Of a stretch of 35,334 nucleotides of DNA, positions 16,969 through 25,412 are shown in pieces. The position numbers and the translations under genes were made by a program. The notes beneath the pieces were generated by a model. That model was not told the DNA's origin. It ran no database searches and was given only the letters and a program-made list of their open reading frames with translations. Numbering within the stretch: position 1 is the first letter of the stretch; each line of letters starts with the position of its first letter. This DNA is from Steroidobacteraceae bacterium. Its GTDB lineage: Bacteria > Pseudomonadota > Gammaproteobacteria > Steroidobacterales > Steroidobacteraceae. Where the stretch lies: assembly GCA_035706525.1 (NCBI GenBank), contig DASSUY010000053.1:1-35334 (forward strand), in the 5' to 3' direction.

Positions 16969-17660
16969 CCGCGCTTGGCCGCGACCCGCCGGAGCGCCTT
17001 CGGCTTCGACGGGGCGTCGTCGTCGTGCAGCGCCATCAGGGAGTCCATGAGGTCCTCGTCGGCGCTCGAGCAGACGCCGAGGACGAGCGCCTCTTCCTGT
17101 CCCTTCGGCGTGACGTAGGCGTGGCCCATCGTGCTGTCGAGGTAGATCGATTCGCCGGTCTGCAGGACGATCGGCTCGTAGAACTCCGTGTGGATCTCGA
17201 CCGGACCCTGGAGCACGTAGATGTACTCCTCGCCCGGGTGGCGGACCAGCTCGCCGAATTCCTCGATGCTGTGCGAGCGGACGCGGGTCACCGTCGGCAC
17301 CATGCGCTTCCGGCGCAGGTCCGGGCACATGTAGAAGTACTCGTAGTTCGGCGTGTTCACGCGGATCGCGTCCGCGAGCCTGCCGATGGAGCGGCGCGCG
17401 GTGATCGCGGATTCCGCCGTGCCCGCGTTCTCGCTGAAGAGGTCCGACATCCTGAGGTTCAGCCGCTGGCTGAGCTGAAGCAGCTTGTCGTACGTGAGCG
17501 TCAGGCGATCGTGCTCCACCTTCGCGAGCGTCGAGAGCGGGATGCCGGTGCGCTCGCTCATCAGCTTGAGCGTCCAGCCGTTGCGCACGCGCAGTCCCCG
17601 CAGGAGGCTGCCGAGCGTCGGCCGCTTGCTTCGATTGGGTGTCAGGGGCGTGCTCTCCAT
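16965..17660 (-). CDS. XRE-family HTH plus cupin-domain transcriptional regulator
   Basis: N-terminal HTH (LGSLLRGLRVRNGWTLKLMSERTGIPLSTLAKVEHD). C-terminal cupin (HPGEEYIYVLQGPVEIH..GESIYLDSTMGHAY). Confidence 0.85.
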   Translation of the reverse strand: MESTPLTPNRSKRPTLGSLLRGLRVRNGWTLKLMSERTGIPLSTLAKVEHDRLTLTYDKLLQLSQRLNLRMSDLFSENAGTAESAITARRSIGRLADAIRVNTPNYEYFYMCPDLRRKRMVPTVTRVRSHSIEEFGELVRHPGEEYIYVLQGPVEIHTEFYEPIVLQTGESIYLDSTMGHAYVTPKGQEEALVLGVCSSADEDLMDSLMALHDDDAPSKPKALRRVAAKRG

Positions 17661-17694
17661 GCCGGTTGAGCGCGAATTATGGGGCAGCCTGCCT

Positions 17695-17724
17695 TTGACG
17701 TCATTCTCTGTGTAGGACTAGACT
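17695..17724 (+). promoter_or_regulatory. Candidate sigma70-type promoter for the serine hydrolase/dgcA operon
   Basis: TTGACG (17695-17700), an 18-nt spacer, then TAGACT (17719-17724). It lies in the 97-bp divergent intergenic region, one of the few AT-richer stretches. Confidence 0.35.
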
Positions 17725-17738
17725 GTCCTCATCAGGAC
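17714..17738. promoter_or_regulatory. Candidate operator: three AGGAC/GTCCT half-sites
   Basis: AGGAC-tagact-GTCCT-catc-AGGAC forms two overlapping dyads that cover the putative -10 element. It is adjacent to the XRE-cupin regulator gene. Confidence 0.35.
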
Positions 17739-17757
17739 ATTCACCTGGGGATCCCCT

Positions 17758-19755
17758 ATGCGCGCCCTTTCCTCGCTCGCGACCTGCCTGTCGGCCTCGC
17801 TGCTCGCCGCGGCGGCACTCGCGCAAGTGCCGGCCGAGACGAAGCCCGGCGACCCGGCCGCGGCGGCGACGGTCGCCGACGTCCCCGCGGCGCCGTCCTC
17901 GCCGCAACTGACGCGCGAGGACCTCGAAGCCTGGCTCGACGGCCTGATTCCGTTTGCGCTCGGCAAGGGCGACATCGCGGGGGCGGTCGTCATCGTCGTG
18001 AAGGACGGGCAGGTGCTGCTGCAGAAGGGCTACGGCTACGCGGACGTCGGGAAGAAGGCGCCGGTCGACTCCGAGCGCACGCTGTTCCGCCCGGGCTCGA
18101 TCTCGAAGCTGTTCACCTGGACCGCGGTGATGCAGCAGGTCGAACGGGGAAAGATCGACCTCGATGCGGACGTCAACCAGTACCTCGATTTCGAGATCCC
18201 GCCCGGCCCGGACGGCGAGATCCTGACGATGCGCAACATCATGACGCACACCGGCGGGTTCGAGGAGGCGGTCAAGGAGCTGATCTCCGAGGACGAGGCG
18301 ACGATCATGTCTCTGGAGGACACGGTCAAGACCTGGGTTCCGCGCCGCATCTTCAAGGCCGGCACGATGCCCGCCTACTCGAACTACGCGACGGGCCTCG
18401 CCGGCTACATCGTCTCGCGCACCTCGGGGATGTCCTTCGACGACTACCTCGACCGCAACGTATTCGGCCCGCTCGGCATGGCGAATTCGTCGTTCCGCCA
18501 GCCGCTGCCGGCGGCGCTGAAGGCCGGCGTGTCGCAGGGGTACGAGCAGGCGAGCAAGGAGCCGCAGGGCTACGAGCTCATCAACCTCGCGCCGGCGGGA
18601 TCCCTGGCGGCGACCGGCGCCGACATGGCGCGCTTCATGATCGCCCACCTGCAGGACGGCGCCTACGGCGACGCGCGGATCCTGTCCGAGGAAACCGCGA
18701 AGCAGATGCACGGCACGCCGCTCACGATCCTGCCGAACGTGAACCGGATGGTGCTCGGCTTCTACGAGACGAGCACGAACGGCCACCGGATCATCTCGCA
18801 CGGCGGCGACACCCAGTACTTCCACAGCGACCTGCACCTCTTCCTGGACGACGGCGTCGGGTACTACATCTCGTTCAACAGCGGCGGCAAGCAGGGCTCC
18901 GTCGGACCGCTGCGCGAGGCCTTCTACCGCAGCTTCGCGGACCGCTACTTCCCGGGCCCCGCCGCCGAGGGTGAAGTCGACGAGGCGACCGCGAAGGAGC
19001 ACGCCGCGCAGATCGCGGGCAGCTACATCAGCTCGCGGCGCGCCGAGACGAGCTTCCTGTCGCTGCTGAACCTGCTGCAGCCGCTCAAGGTCGTCGCGAA
19101 CGAGGACGGCACGATCTCGGTGCCGCTGCTCACGGACCTGAACGGCGAGCCGACGCGCTGGAAGGAGATCGCGCCCTACCTCTGGCGCGAGAAGGACGGC
19201 AAGGCGCGCCTCGCCGCGGACGTGCAGGACGGGAAGGTCGTGCGATTCGCGCCCGAGTGGATCTCGCCCTTCATGTACATGGAGCGCTCGACCGGCGCGA
19301 AGGGCGTCGGCTGGCTCATGCCCGCGACGATCGCGAGCCTCGGCGTGCTCGCGCTGACGGTCCTGTTCTGGCCGGTGACCGCCGTCCTGCGCCGGCGCTA
19401 TGCCCGCCCGCTGCCCTTCGCCGGGGCGGAAGCGAAGGCGTACCGCCACGGCCGCATCGGCGCCCTGCTCTCCCTGGTCGCGATCGGCGGCTGGATCGGC
19501 GTCATCATGATGATGTTCTCCGACCTCAAGTTCCTGTCGGCGCGCTTCGACTGGCTGGTGATCCTGCTGCACGTCGTCGGCACGATCGCCGTGTTCGCGG
19601 GCCTCGTGCTGCTGCTGCACCACCTCGTCGTCGTGTTCAAGGCGCGCCGGCGGATCTTCGGCAAGATCTGGGCCGTGCTGCTCGCGCTCGCGGGCCTCGT
19701 CTGCGCCTGGGTCGCGGTCGCCTACCACCTCGTCGGCCTCAGCGTGAACTACTGA
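17758..19755 (+). CDS. Beta-lactamase/DD-peptidase family (S12) serine hydrolase with a C-terminal four-helix membrane domain
   Basis: A signal peptide is present. Motifs are SxxK (GSISKLFT), YxN (AYSNYATG) and H-G-G (ISHGGDTQ). The last ~147 aa contain four hydrophobic helices. Confidence 0.85.
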   Translation: MRALSSLATCLSASLLAAAALAQVPAETKPGDPAAAATVADVPAAPSSPQLTREDLEAWLDGLIPFALGKGDIAGAVVIVVKDGQVLLQKGYGYADVGKKAPVDSERTLFRPGSISKLFTWTAVMQQVERGKIDLDADVNQYLDFEIPPGPDGEILTMRNIMTHTGGFEEAVKELISEDEATIMSLEDTVKTWVPRRIFKAGTMPAYSNYATGLAGYIVSRTSGMSFDDYLDRNVFGPLGMANSSFRQPLPAALKAGVSQGYEQASKEPQGYELINLAPAGSLAATGADMARFMIAHLQDGAYGDARILSEETAKQMHGTPLTILPNVNRMVLGFYETSTNGHRIISHGGDTQYFHSDLHLFLDDGVGYYISFNSGGKQGSVGPLREAFYRSFADRYFPGPAAEGEVDEATAKEHAAQIAGSYISSRRAETSFLSLLNLLQPLKVVANEDGTISVPLLTDLNGEPTRWKEIAPYLWREKDGKARLAADVQDGKVVRFAPEWISPFMYMERSTGAKGVGWLMPATIASLGVLALTVLFWPVTAVLRRRYARPLPFAGAEAKAYRHGRIGALLSLVAIGGWIGVIMMMFSDLKFLSARFDWLVILLHVVGTIAVFAGLVLLLHHLVVVFKARRRIFGKIWAVLLALAGLVCAWVAVAYHLVGLSVNY

Positions 19756-20744
19756 TGCGCCTCGAGGTCGTCCGGGAGAAGATTCCGCTTTCCGCGCCCT
19801 TCACGATCACCGGCTACACGTTCACGGACGTGGACGCGGTGGTCGTCCACGTCGCCGACGGCGGCGCGACCGGCTCCGGCGAGGCGGCCGGCGTCTACTA
19901 CCTCGACGACGGCGTGGAGCACATGTGCGCCGAGATCGAGCGCGTGCGGGCCGACGTCGAGGCGGGCGTCGACCGCGAGTCGCTGCGCCGCCTGCTGCCG
20001 CCCGGCGGCGCGCGCAACGCGATCGACTGCGCGCTCTGGGACCTCGAGTCGAAGCGGCTCGGCCAGCCGGCCTGGCGCATCGCGGGCCTCGAGCGCCCGC
20101 GTCCCCTCCTCACGACGTTCACGATCCCGGCCGGCGATCCCGCGTCGATGGCGGCCAAGGCCGTCGAGTACGCGCAGGCGAAACAGCTCAAGCTGAAGCT
20201 GACGGGCGAGCTTTCGCTGGACGCCGAGCGCGTGCGCGCCGTGCGACGCGCGCGGCCAGACTGCTGGCTCGGCGTCGACGCCAACCAGGGCTACAGCGCC
20301 CACAGCCTCGCCTCGCTGATGCCCGACCTCGTCGCCGCCCAGGTCAAGCTCGTCGAGCAGCCGTTCGCGCGCGGGCGCGACGCCGAGCTCGACGGCTTCC
20401 GCTGCCCGATCCCGGTCGCGGCCGACGAGAGCGTGCAGGGACTTTCCGAGATCGAGCCGCTGGTCGGCCGCTTCGACGTGGTCAACATCAAGCTCGACAA
20501 GTGCGGGGGGCTGACCGAGGGCCTCGCGATGGCGGCCGAGGCGCGCCGCCACGGCCTCGGCGTGATGGTCGGGAACATGGTCGGCAGCAGCCTCGCGATG
20601 GCGCCGGCCTGGCTGCTCGGGCAGCTCTGCGACATCAACGACCTCGACGGCACGCTCTTCGTCGCGCGCGACCGCACGCCCGCGATGGTCTTCGAGCGCG
20701 GCAAGGTCTCCTACCCCGACGGCGGCTGGGGCTCGCCGGCCTGA
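19755..20744 (+). CDS. dgcA: Enolase-superfamily dipeptide-epimerase-like enzyme, DgcA-like (N-acetyl-D-glutamate racemase candidate)
   Basis: KxK motif (QLKLKLTG). Metal ligands occur in VDANQGY, VEQP and AADES. A second catalytic Lys lies in NIKLDKCGG. Start overlaps the upstream stop (TGATG). The call over generic L-Ala-D/L-Glu epimerase rests on linkage to the DUF1611 gene in the same array. Confidence 0.7.
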   Translation: MRLEVVREKIPLSAPFTITGYTFTDVDAVVVHVADGGATGSGEAAGVYYLDDGVEHMCAEIERVRADVEAGVDRESLRRLLPPGGARNAIDCALWDLESKRLGQPAWRIAGLERPRPLLTTFTIPAGDPASMAAKAVEYAQAKQLKLKLTGELSLDAERVRAVRRARPDCWLGVDANQGYSAHSLASLMPDLVAAQVKLVEQPFARGRDAELDGFRCPIPVAADESVQGLSEIEPLVGRFDVVNIKLDKCGGLTEGLAMAAEARRHGLGVMVGNMVGSSLAMAPAWLLGQLCDINDLDGTLFVARDRTPAMVFERGKVSYPDGGWGSPA

Positions 20745-20757
20745 ACGCCGGCGTCGA

Positions 20758-20785
20758 TTGACAATTCTCCGATCAGGATTACTAT
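20758..20785 (+). promoter_or_regulatory. Candidate internal sigma70-type promoter upstream of the M19 dipeptidase gene
   Basis: Consensus TTGACA (20758-20763), a 16-nt spacer, then TACTAT (20780-20785). It sits in a conspicuously AT-rich 75-bp gap. Confidence 0.4.
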
Positions 20786-20819
20786 TTCCGTTGAGGATAG
20801 TTTTGCCTTGCGGGGTGTG

Positions 20820-22010
20820 ATGGCGACTTCCAGGGCCCGCCGTGCCAGCCGGCGGCGCTTCCTGCAGGGAGCGGCCGGGAGCGCCGCGCTCGGGCTCGGC
20901 TTCCCGATGCTGAATCTCGCGAGCGTTCGCGTATTCGCGGACGCGCCGCCTTATTCCACGCGCGCCGTGGACCTCGTGAAGCGCTCGCTCGTCATCGACA
21001 TGCTCGCCCCGCTCAAGCTCGACTTCTCGCCGGAGGCGTACTCGACGCCGCTCACCGAGGGGCAGGTGCGCGAGTTCCGCGAGAGCGGGATCACCGGCTT
21101 CCACAACTCCGTGGGCACCGGGGGACCCGCGGTCGTCGAGGAGACGCTCGGCTTCCTCGCGGCCTGGCAGGGCTTCTGCGCACGGAACCCCGACCTGTTC
21201 CTGCTGGTGGACCGCGCCGACGACCTCGACCGGGCCAAGGCCGAGGGACGCTGCGCGGTGATCATGGGCGTGCAGAACTCCGAGCACTTCCGCAAGGCGG
21301 AGGACGTCAAGGCCTTCCACCAGCTCGGCCAGCGCTGCTCGCAGCTCACCTACAACAGCCAGAACTTCCTCGGCACCGGCGGCACCGACCGGGTGGACGG
21401 CGGAGTCAGCGACTTCGGCGCCGCGATCATCGCGGCGATGAACGAGGTCGGCATGCTGGTGGACGCCTCGCACTGCGGCGACCGCACGACGCTCGACGCG
21501 ATCGAGCTCTCGAAGGGCCCCATCGCGATCACCCACTCGAACTGCCGCGCGCTGAACGACCACCCGCGGCTCAAGACCGACGAAGCGATCCGGAAGCTCG
21601 CCGCCAAGGGCGGCGTCATGGGCATCACGGGCGTGCGCAACTTCGTCCGCGACCGCGAGCCGACGACCGTCGAGCACATCGTCGACCACATCGACCACGT
21701 GGTGAAGCTCGCCGGCATCGAGCACGTCGGCATCGGCTCGGACGCGGACCTGAACGGCTACGACGACATGCCGGCCAAGCAGCGCAAGGAGCTGATGGCG
21801 TCGTACAAGTCGAGCTACGCCTTCCGGGAGAAGCTCGACACGGACGGCTTCGACCACCCGCGAAAGGTTTACGACCTCGCCGAGGCGCTCATCCGCCGCG
21901 GCTACGACGACGCCGGCATCGAGGCGGTGCTGGGCGGCAATTTCCGGCGGCTGCTCGGCACCGTGTGGGTGCCGGCGCCGGCCAAATCACCACAGGGGAA
22001 CGGATCATGA
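20820..22010 (+). CDS. Membrane/renal-type dipeptidase (peptidase M19) with a twin-arginine signal peptide
   Basis: Tat motif SRRRFLQGAAGSAALG. M19-like blocks are VIDMLAP, QLTYNSQNFLGTGG, MLVDASHCGD, ITHSNCRAL and HVGIGSDADLNG. The ATG at 20820 is preferred over the TTG at 20808. Confidence 0.85.
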   Translation: MATSRARRASRRRFLQGAAGSAALGLGFPMLNLASVRVFADAPPYSTRAVDLVKRSLVIDMLAPLKLDFSPEAYSTPLTEGQVREFRESGITGFHNSVGTGGPAVVEETLGFLAAWQGFCARNPDLFLLVDRADDLDRAKAEGRCAVIMGVQNSEHFRKAEDVKAFHQLGQRCSQLTYNSQNFLGTGGTDRVDGGVSDFGAAIIAAMNEVGMLVDASHCGDRTTLDAIELSKGPIAITHSNCRALNDHPRLKTDEAIRKLAAKGGVMGITGVRNFVRDREPTTVEHIVDHIDHVVKLAGIEHVGIGSDADLNGYDDMPAKQRKELMASYKSSYAFREKLDTDGFDHPRKVYDLAEALIRRGYDDAGIEAVLGGNFRRLLGTVWVPAPAKSPQGNGS

Positions 22011-24346
22011 ACGAGCGAACCGGGCGGAATGCCCTGACGATCGCCAGCGCGGTCGCGCTGGCCCTGGCCGCCGCCGCGGCCGCCGCGGAGACGGCGGCGC
22101 CGCTCGGCGAGGTCTTCGTGACGGCGCAGAAGCGGGCCGAATCGCTCGCCGACATCCCGATGTCGGTCTCGGTGCTCCCGGGCGACGCCCTCGAGCGCCA
22201 GCAGGCGACCAGCTTCGAGGACCTGGCGTCGCTCATCCCCGGCCTCAGCTTCAATTCGAGCACGCCGGGCGTCACCCGCATCGCGATGCGCGGCATCAAC
22301 ACGGGCGGGGTCGCCTCGACGATCGGCATCTACGTCGACGACGTGCCCTTCGGCTCGAGCAGCGGACTTGCGAACGGCGCCATCCTCTCGGGCGACTTCG
22401 ACACCTTCGACATGGCGCGGGTGGAAGTCCTGCGCGGTCCCCAGGGGACCCTGTACGGGGCGAGCTCGCTCGGCGGCGTGATCAAGTACGTGACGAACAA
22501 GCCGTCCACCGACGGGTTCGAAGGCCGGGTCCAGGCTGCGTTCGAGGACACGAGCGGCGCCGGGTCGGGCTGGAACGCGACCGGCATGGTGAACCTGCCG
22601 GTGAGCGACGCTTTCGCGATCCGCGCCAGCGGGTTCTTCCGTTCGAACGGCGGATACACGAAATCGATCGGCAACAACCCGATTCCGGCCGCCCAGGACC
22701 CCTCGGTGACGATCGCGAGCACGCGAGTCCAAAATGAACTGAACGCCAGCGAGTCGAGCGGCGGCCGCGTCGCGGCGCTCATCGCCCCGTCGGAGCGCTT
22801 CTCGCTGGAGCTGGCGGTGCAGGCCCAGAACATCCAGTCCGACAACGCCAGCGCGTTCGAGGTCGACCCGGTCACGCTGCAACCCGTCTACGGCGGACGC
22901 GTCGCCTCCCGCTACCAGGAAGAGCCGACCGACATCGACTACCGCGTCTACAGCGCGACGCTCAACTGGGACCTCGGCGGGGTGACCCTCGAATCCGTCA
23001 CGAGCTACAGCGAATTCTCGGAGGACCTCGAGCGCGACATCGCCGGGATCGACGGCCTCGGCCTCGGCGTCACGACCGCCCAGTTCTACACGCTCGGGTA
23101 CAGCACGCTGGGGACGACCGACAGGCCGCTCTCGGCCATCCTGTCGCAGACGACTGCCACCGACAAGTTCAGCCAGGAATTCCGCCTGGTCTCGCCCGAG
23201 AGCGACCGCTTCGAGTGGCTGCTCGGGGCGTACTACACGGACGAGGACTCCGGCATCAACCCGCAGCGCTTCGTCGCCGTCGAGCCGGGCACGAACCGTC
23301 CGGCGGCCGACGTGCCCTTCGTGGCCGACGTCTTCCTCAATTCCACATACGAGGAGATCGCCCTCTTCGGCAACGCGACCTGGCACGTCACCGACCGCTT
23401 CGACCTCTCGTTCGGCGCCCGCTGGAGCGAAAACGACCAGGATGCCGACCAGTTCCAGCGGATCGAGCTCCCGGCGTTCCTCGTCGGCGGGGCGCCGGGC
23501 GATCCCAATGTCGTGCTGGAGGGCGGGTTCGACAACCTGCGTTCGTCGGAGAGCCCCGTCACCTGGTCGTTCTCGCCGCGCTACGAGTTCAGCGACACGA
23601 CCTCGGCGTACCTGCGCGTCGCGACCGGTTTCCGCCCGGGAGGCCCGAACGTGCTGCCGCCGGGTGCGGATGCGCCCGCGACCTACGACTCGGACGAGCT
23701 GACGAACTATGAGATCGGCCTGCGCACGGGCAACTCGAGCGGCAGCTTCACGCTCGACGTCGCGGCCTACTTCCTCGACTGGGAGGACATCCAGCTGTTC
23801 CAGGTCATCAACGACTTCGGCGTCAACGCGAACGGCGGCACGGCCGAGAGCAAGGGCCTCGAGTTCACGGCGACGACCCGGTCCGGCGGGCTCACCTTGT
23901 CGCTCTCCGGCGCGTACACGGACGCCCAGCTGACGGAGGACACGGATCCGATCCTCGTGGGCGGATTCGACGGGGACGCGCTGCCGTTCGTGCCGGAATG
24001 GACGCTCACGCTCGGCGGCGACTACGAGTGGAACGCCTTCGGCGACGCGACCGCCTACGTCGGCGGCCAGGTCGCGTACACGGGCGAACGGCCCGTGGGC
24101 TTCAGCGACCGCGTCGACCCGCTGGACCCGACGTCGGCGCGCATCGAGGCGGACGCCTATACGACCGTCGACCTCCGCACCGGCATCCTGTGGGACAACT
24201 GGTCGCTCGAGCTTTACGGCAGGAACCTCACGGACGAGGACGGGATCACCGACTACCTCTCGCCGGGCACGTTCCCGGCCGGCGCAGCCGCCATCTCGAT
24301 CATCCGGCCGAGGACGATCGGCCTCTCGCTCGGGGTGCGATTCTGA
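22007..24346 (+). CDS. TonB-dependent outer-membrane receptor
   Basis: The ATG overlaps the dipeptidase stop (ATGA), with AGGGGAA SD upstream. Signal peptide ..AAAAAAAET. Plug region reads GEVFVTAQKRAESLADIPMSVSVL and EVLRGPQGTLYGASSLGGVIKY. The barrel ends in IGLSLGVRF. Confidence 0.9.
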   Translation: MNERTGRNALTIASAVALALAAAAAAAETAAPLGEVFVTAQKRAESLADIPMSVSVLPGDALERQQATSFEDLASLIPGLSFNSSTPGVTRIAMRGINTGGVASTIGIYVDDVPFGSSSGLANGAILSGDFDTFDMARVEVLRGPQGTLYGASSLGGVIKYVTNKPSTDGFEGRVQAAFEDTSGAGSGWNATGMVNLPVSDAFAIRASGFFRSNGGYTKSIGNNPIPAAQDPSVTIASTRVQNELNASESSGGRVAALIAPSERFSLELAVQAQNIQSDNASAFEVDPVTLQPVYGGRVASRYQEEPTDIDYRVYSATLNWDLGGVTLESVTSYSEFSEDLERDIAGIDGLGLGVTTAQFYTLGYSTLGTTDRPLSAILSQTTATDKFSQEFRLVSPESDRFEWLLGAYYTDEDSGINPQRFVAVEPGTNRPAADVPFVADVFLNSTYEEIALFGNATWHVTDRFDLSFGARWSENDQDADQFQRIELPAFLVGGAPGDPNVVLEGGFDNLRSSESPVTWSFSPRYEFSDTTSAYLRVATGFRPGGPNVLPPGADAPATYDSDELTNYEIGLRTGNSSGSFTLDVAAYFLDWEDIQLFQVINDFGVNANGGTAESKGLEFTATTRSGGLTLSLSGAYTDAQLTEDTDPILVGGFDGDALPFVPEWTLTLGGDYEWNAFGDATAYVGGQVAYTGERPVGFSDRVDPLDPTSARIEADAYTTVDLRTGILWDNWSLELYGRNLTDEDGITDYLSPGTFPAGAAAISIIRPRTIGLSLGVRF

Positions 24347-25377
24347 CCGGCAGGGCCTCGCTCGTCGTCTCACTGCCCGCGCCCTACCTGCTCTTCCTCG
24401 GCGACACGACCGAGGCGGGGTACGCCAAGACGGCGTTCGGGCTGCGCGACTGGGCGCGCGGGCTCTGCATCGGCGAGTTCGCGAGCCCGGGCTGCACGAT
24501 CACGACGGGCCTGCCCCGACTCGCGCCGCGCGAAGCCAAGGCGCGCGGCGCGCGCTCGCTCGTCATCGGCGTCGCGAACACGGGCGGCGTGCTGAAGCCG
24601 GAGTGGATCCCGGGCCTGCTGGAAGGCCTCGAGGCGGGGCTCGACCTCGTATCCGGCATGCACGGCAGGCTCGCCGCCGTGCCGGCCCTGAAGGCGGCTG
24701 CCGAACGACTGGAGCGGCGGCTGATCGACGTCCGGACGCCCCCCGCCCAGCTCCCCATCGGCACCGGCCGCAAGCGCAGCGGCAAGCGGCTGCTCACGGT
24801 CGGCACGGACTGCGCGCTCGGCAAGAAGTACACGGCGCTCGCGATCGCGGCGGCGATGCGCCGGCGGGGCGTCGCGGCGGATTTCCGTGCCACGGGGCAG
24901 ACCGGCATCATGATCGCGGGCAGCGGCATGCCGATGGACGCCGTCATCTCCGACTTCATCGCGGGCGCCGCCGAAGTGCTCTCGCCCGATGCGGCCCCGG
25001 ACCACTGGGACGTGATCGAGGGCCAGGGCTCGCTGTTCCACCCCGCCTATGCCGGCGTGTCGCTCGGCCTCCTGCACGGGAGCCAGCCGGACGTCTTCGT
25101 GCTCTGCCACGAACCGGGGCGCCGGGAACTCCTCGGCTACCCGGGATTCCCGACGCCTTCGCTTCCGCTCGCCATCGAGCGCCACGTCGCGATGGGCTCG
25201 CTGACGAATCGCGGGATCCGTTGCGGCGGCATCAGCTTCAACACGGCCGCGCTCGCGGCCGCTGAAGCCGAGGCGCTCATGGAACGGACTTCGCGGGAGC
25301 TGGGCCTGCCGGTCGCGGACCCGATGCGCGGCGGCGATGCGCTCGAGCGCCTCGTCGACGCCTGCCTCGCCGGATGA
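24343..25377 (+). CDS. dgcN: DUF1611 family protein, DgcN-like (D-glutamate N-acetyltransferase candidate); start codon uncertain
   Basis: PYLLFLGD near the N-terminus, LVIGVANTGG, GTDCALGKKYTA, FRATGQTGIMI, DHWDVIEGQGSLFHPAYAGVSLGLLHGSQPD and VLCHEP match the DUF1611 pattern. There is no in-frame ATG/GTG/TTG between the receptor stop and PYLLFLGD. Candidates are ATT 24340, CTG 24343 (CTGA overlap with the receptor stop) and CTG 24373. Confidence 0.7.
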   Translation: MTGRASLVVSLPAPYLLFLGDTTEAGYAKTAFGLRDWARGLCIGEFASPGCTITTGLPRLAPREAKARGARSLVIGVANTGGVLKPEWIPGLLEGLEAGLDLVSGMHGRLAAVPALKAAAERLERRLIDVRTPPAQLPIGTGRKRSGKRLLTVGTDCALGKKYTALAIAAAMRRRGVAADFRATGQTGIMIAGSGMPMDAVISDFIAGAAEVLSPDAAPDHWDVIEGQGSLFHPAYAGVSLGLLHGSQPDVFVLCHEPGRRELLGYPGFPTPSLPLAIERHVAMGSLTNRGIRCGGISFNTAALAAAEAEALMERTSRELGLPVADPMRGGDALERLVDACLAG

Positions 25378-25412
25378 GCGGCCGCCGCCTGACGCCCGTC
25401 CCGGAGGACCTC

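Noticed and set aside
16969-17328. N-terminal 120-aa extension of track ORF 14920..17328
   Set aside because: The extension is Arg/Pro/Gly-rich (MPGPAPEAHGADGDPRPLAQHRGIRRAGPPPGRG...). It overlaps the well-supported XRE-cupin gene in another frame. The internal ATG at 16968 gives a proper signal peptide and an ATGA coupling.
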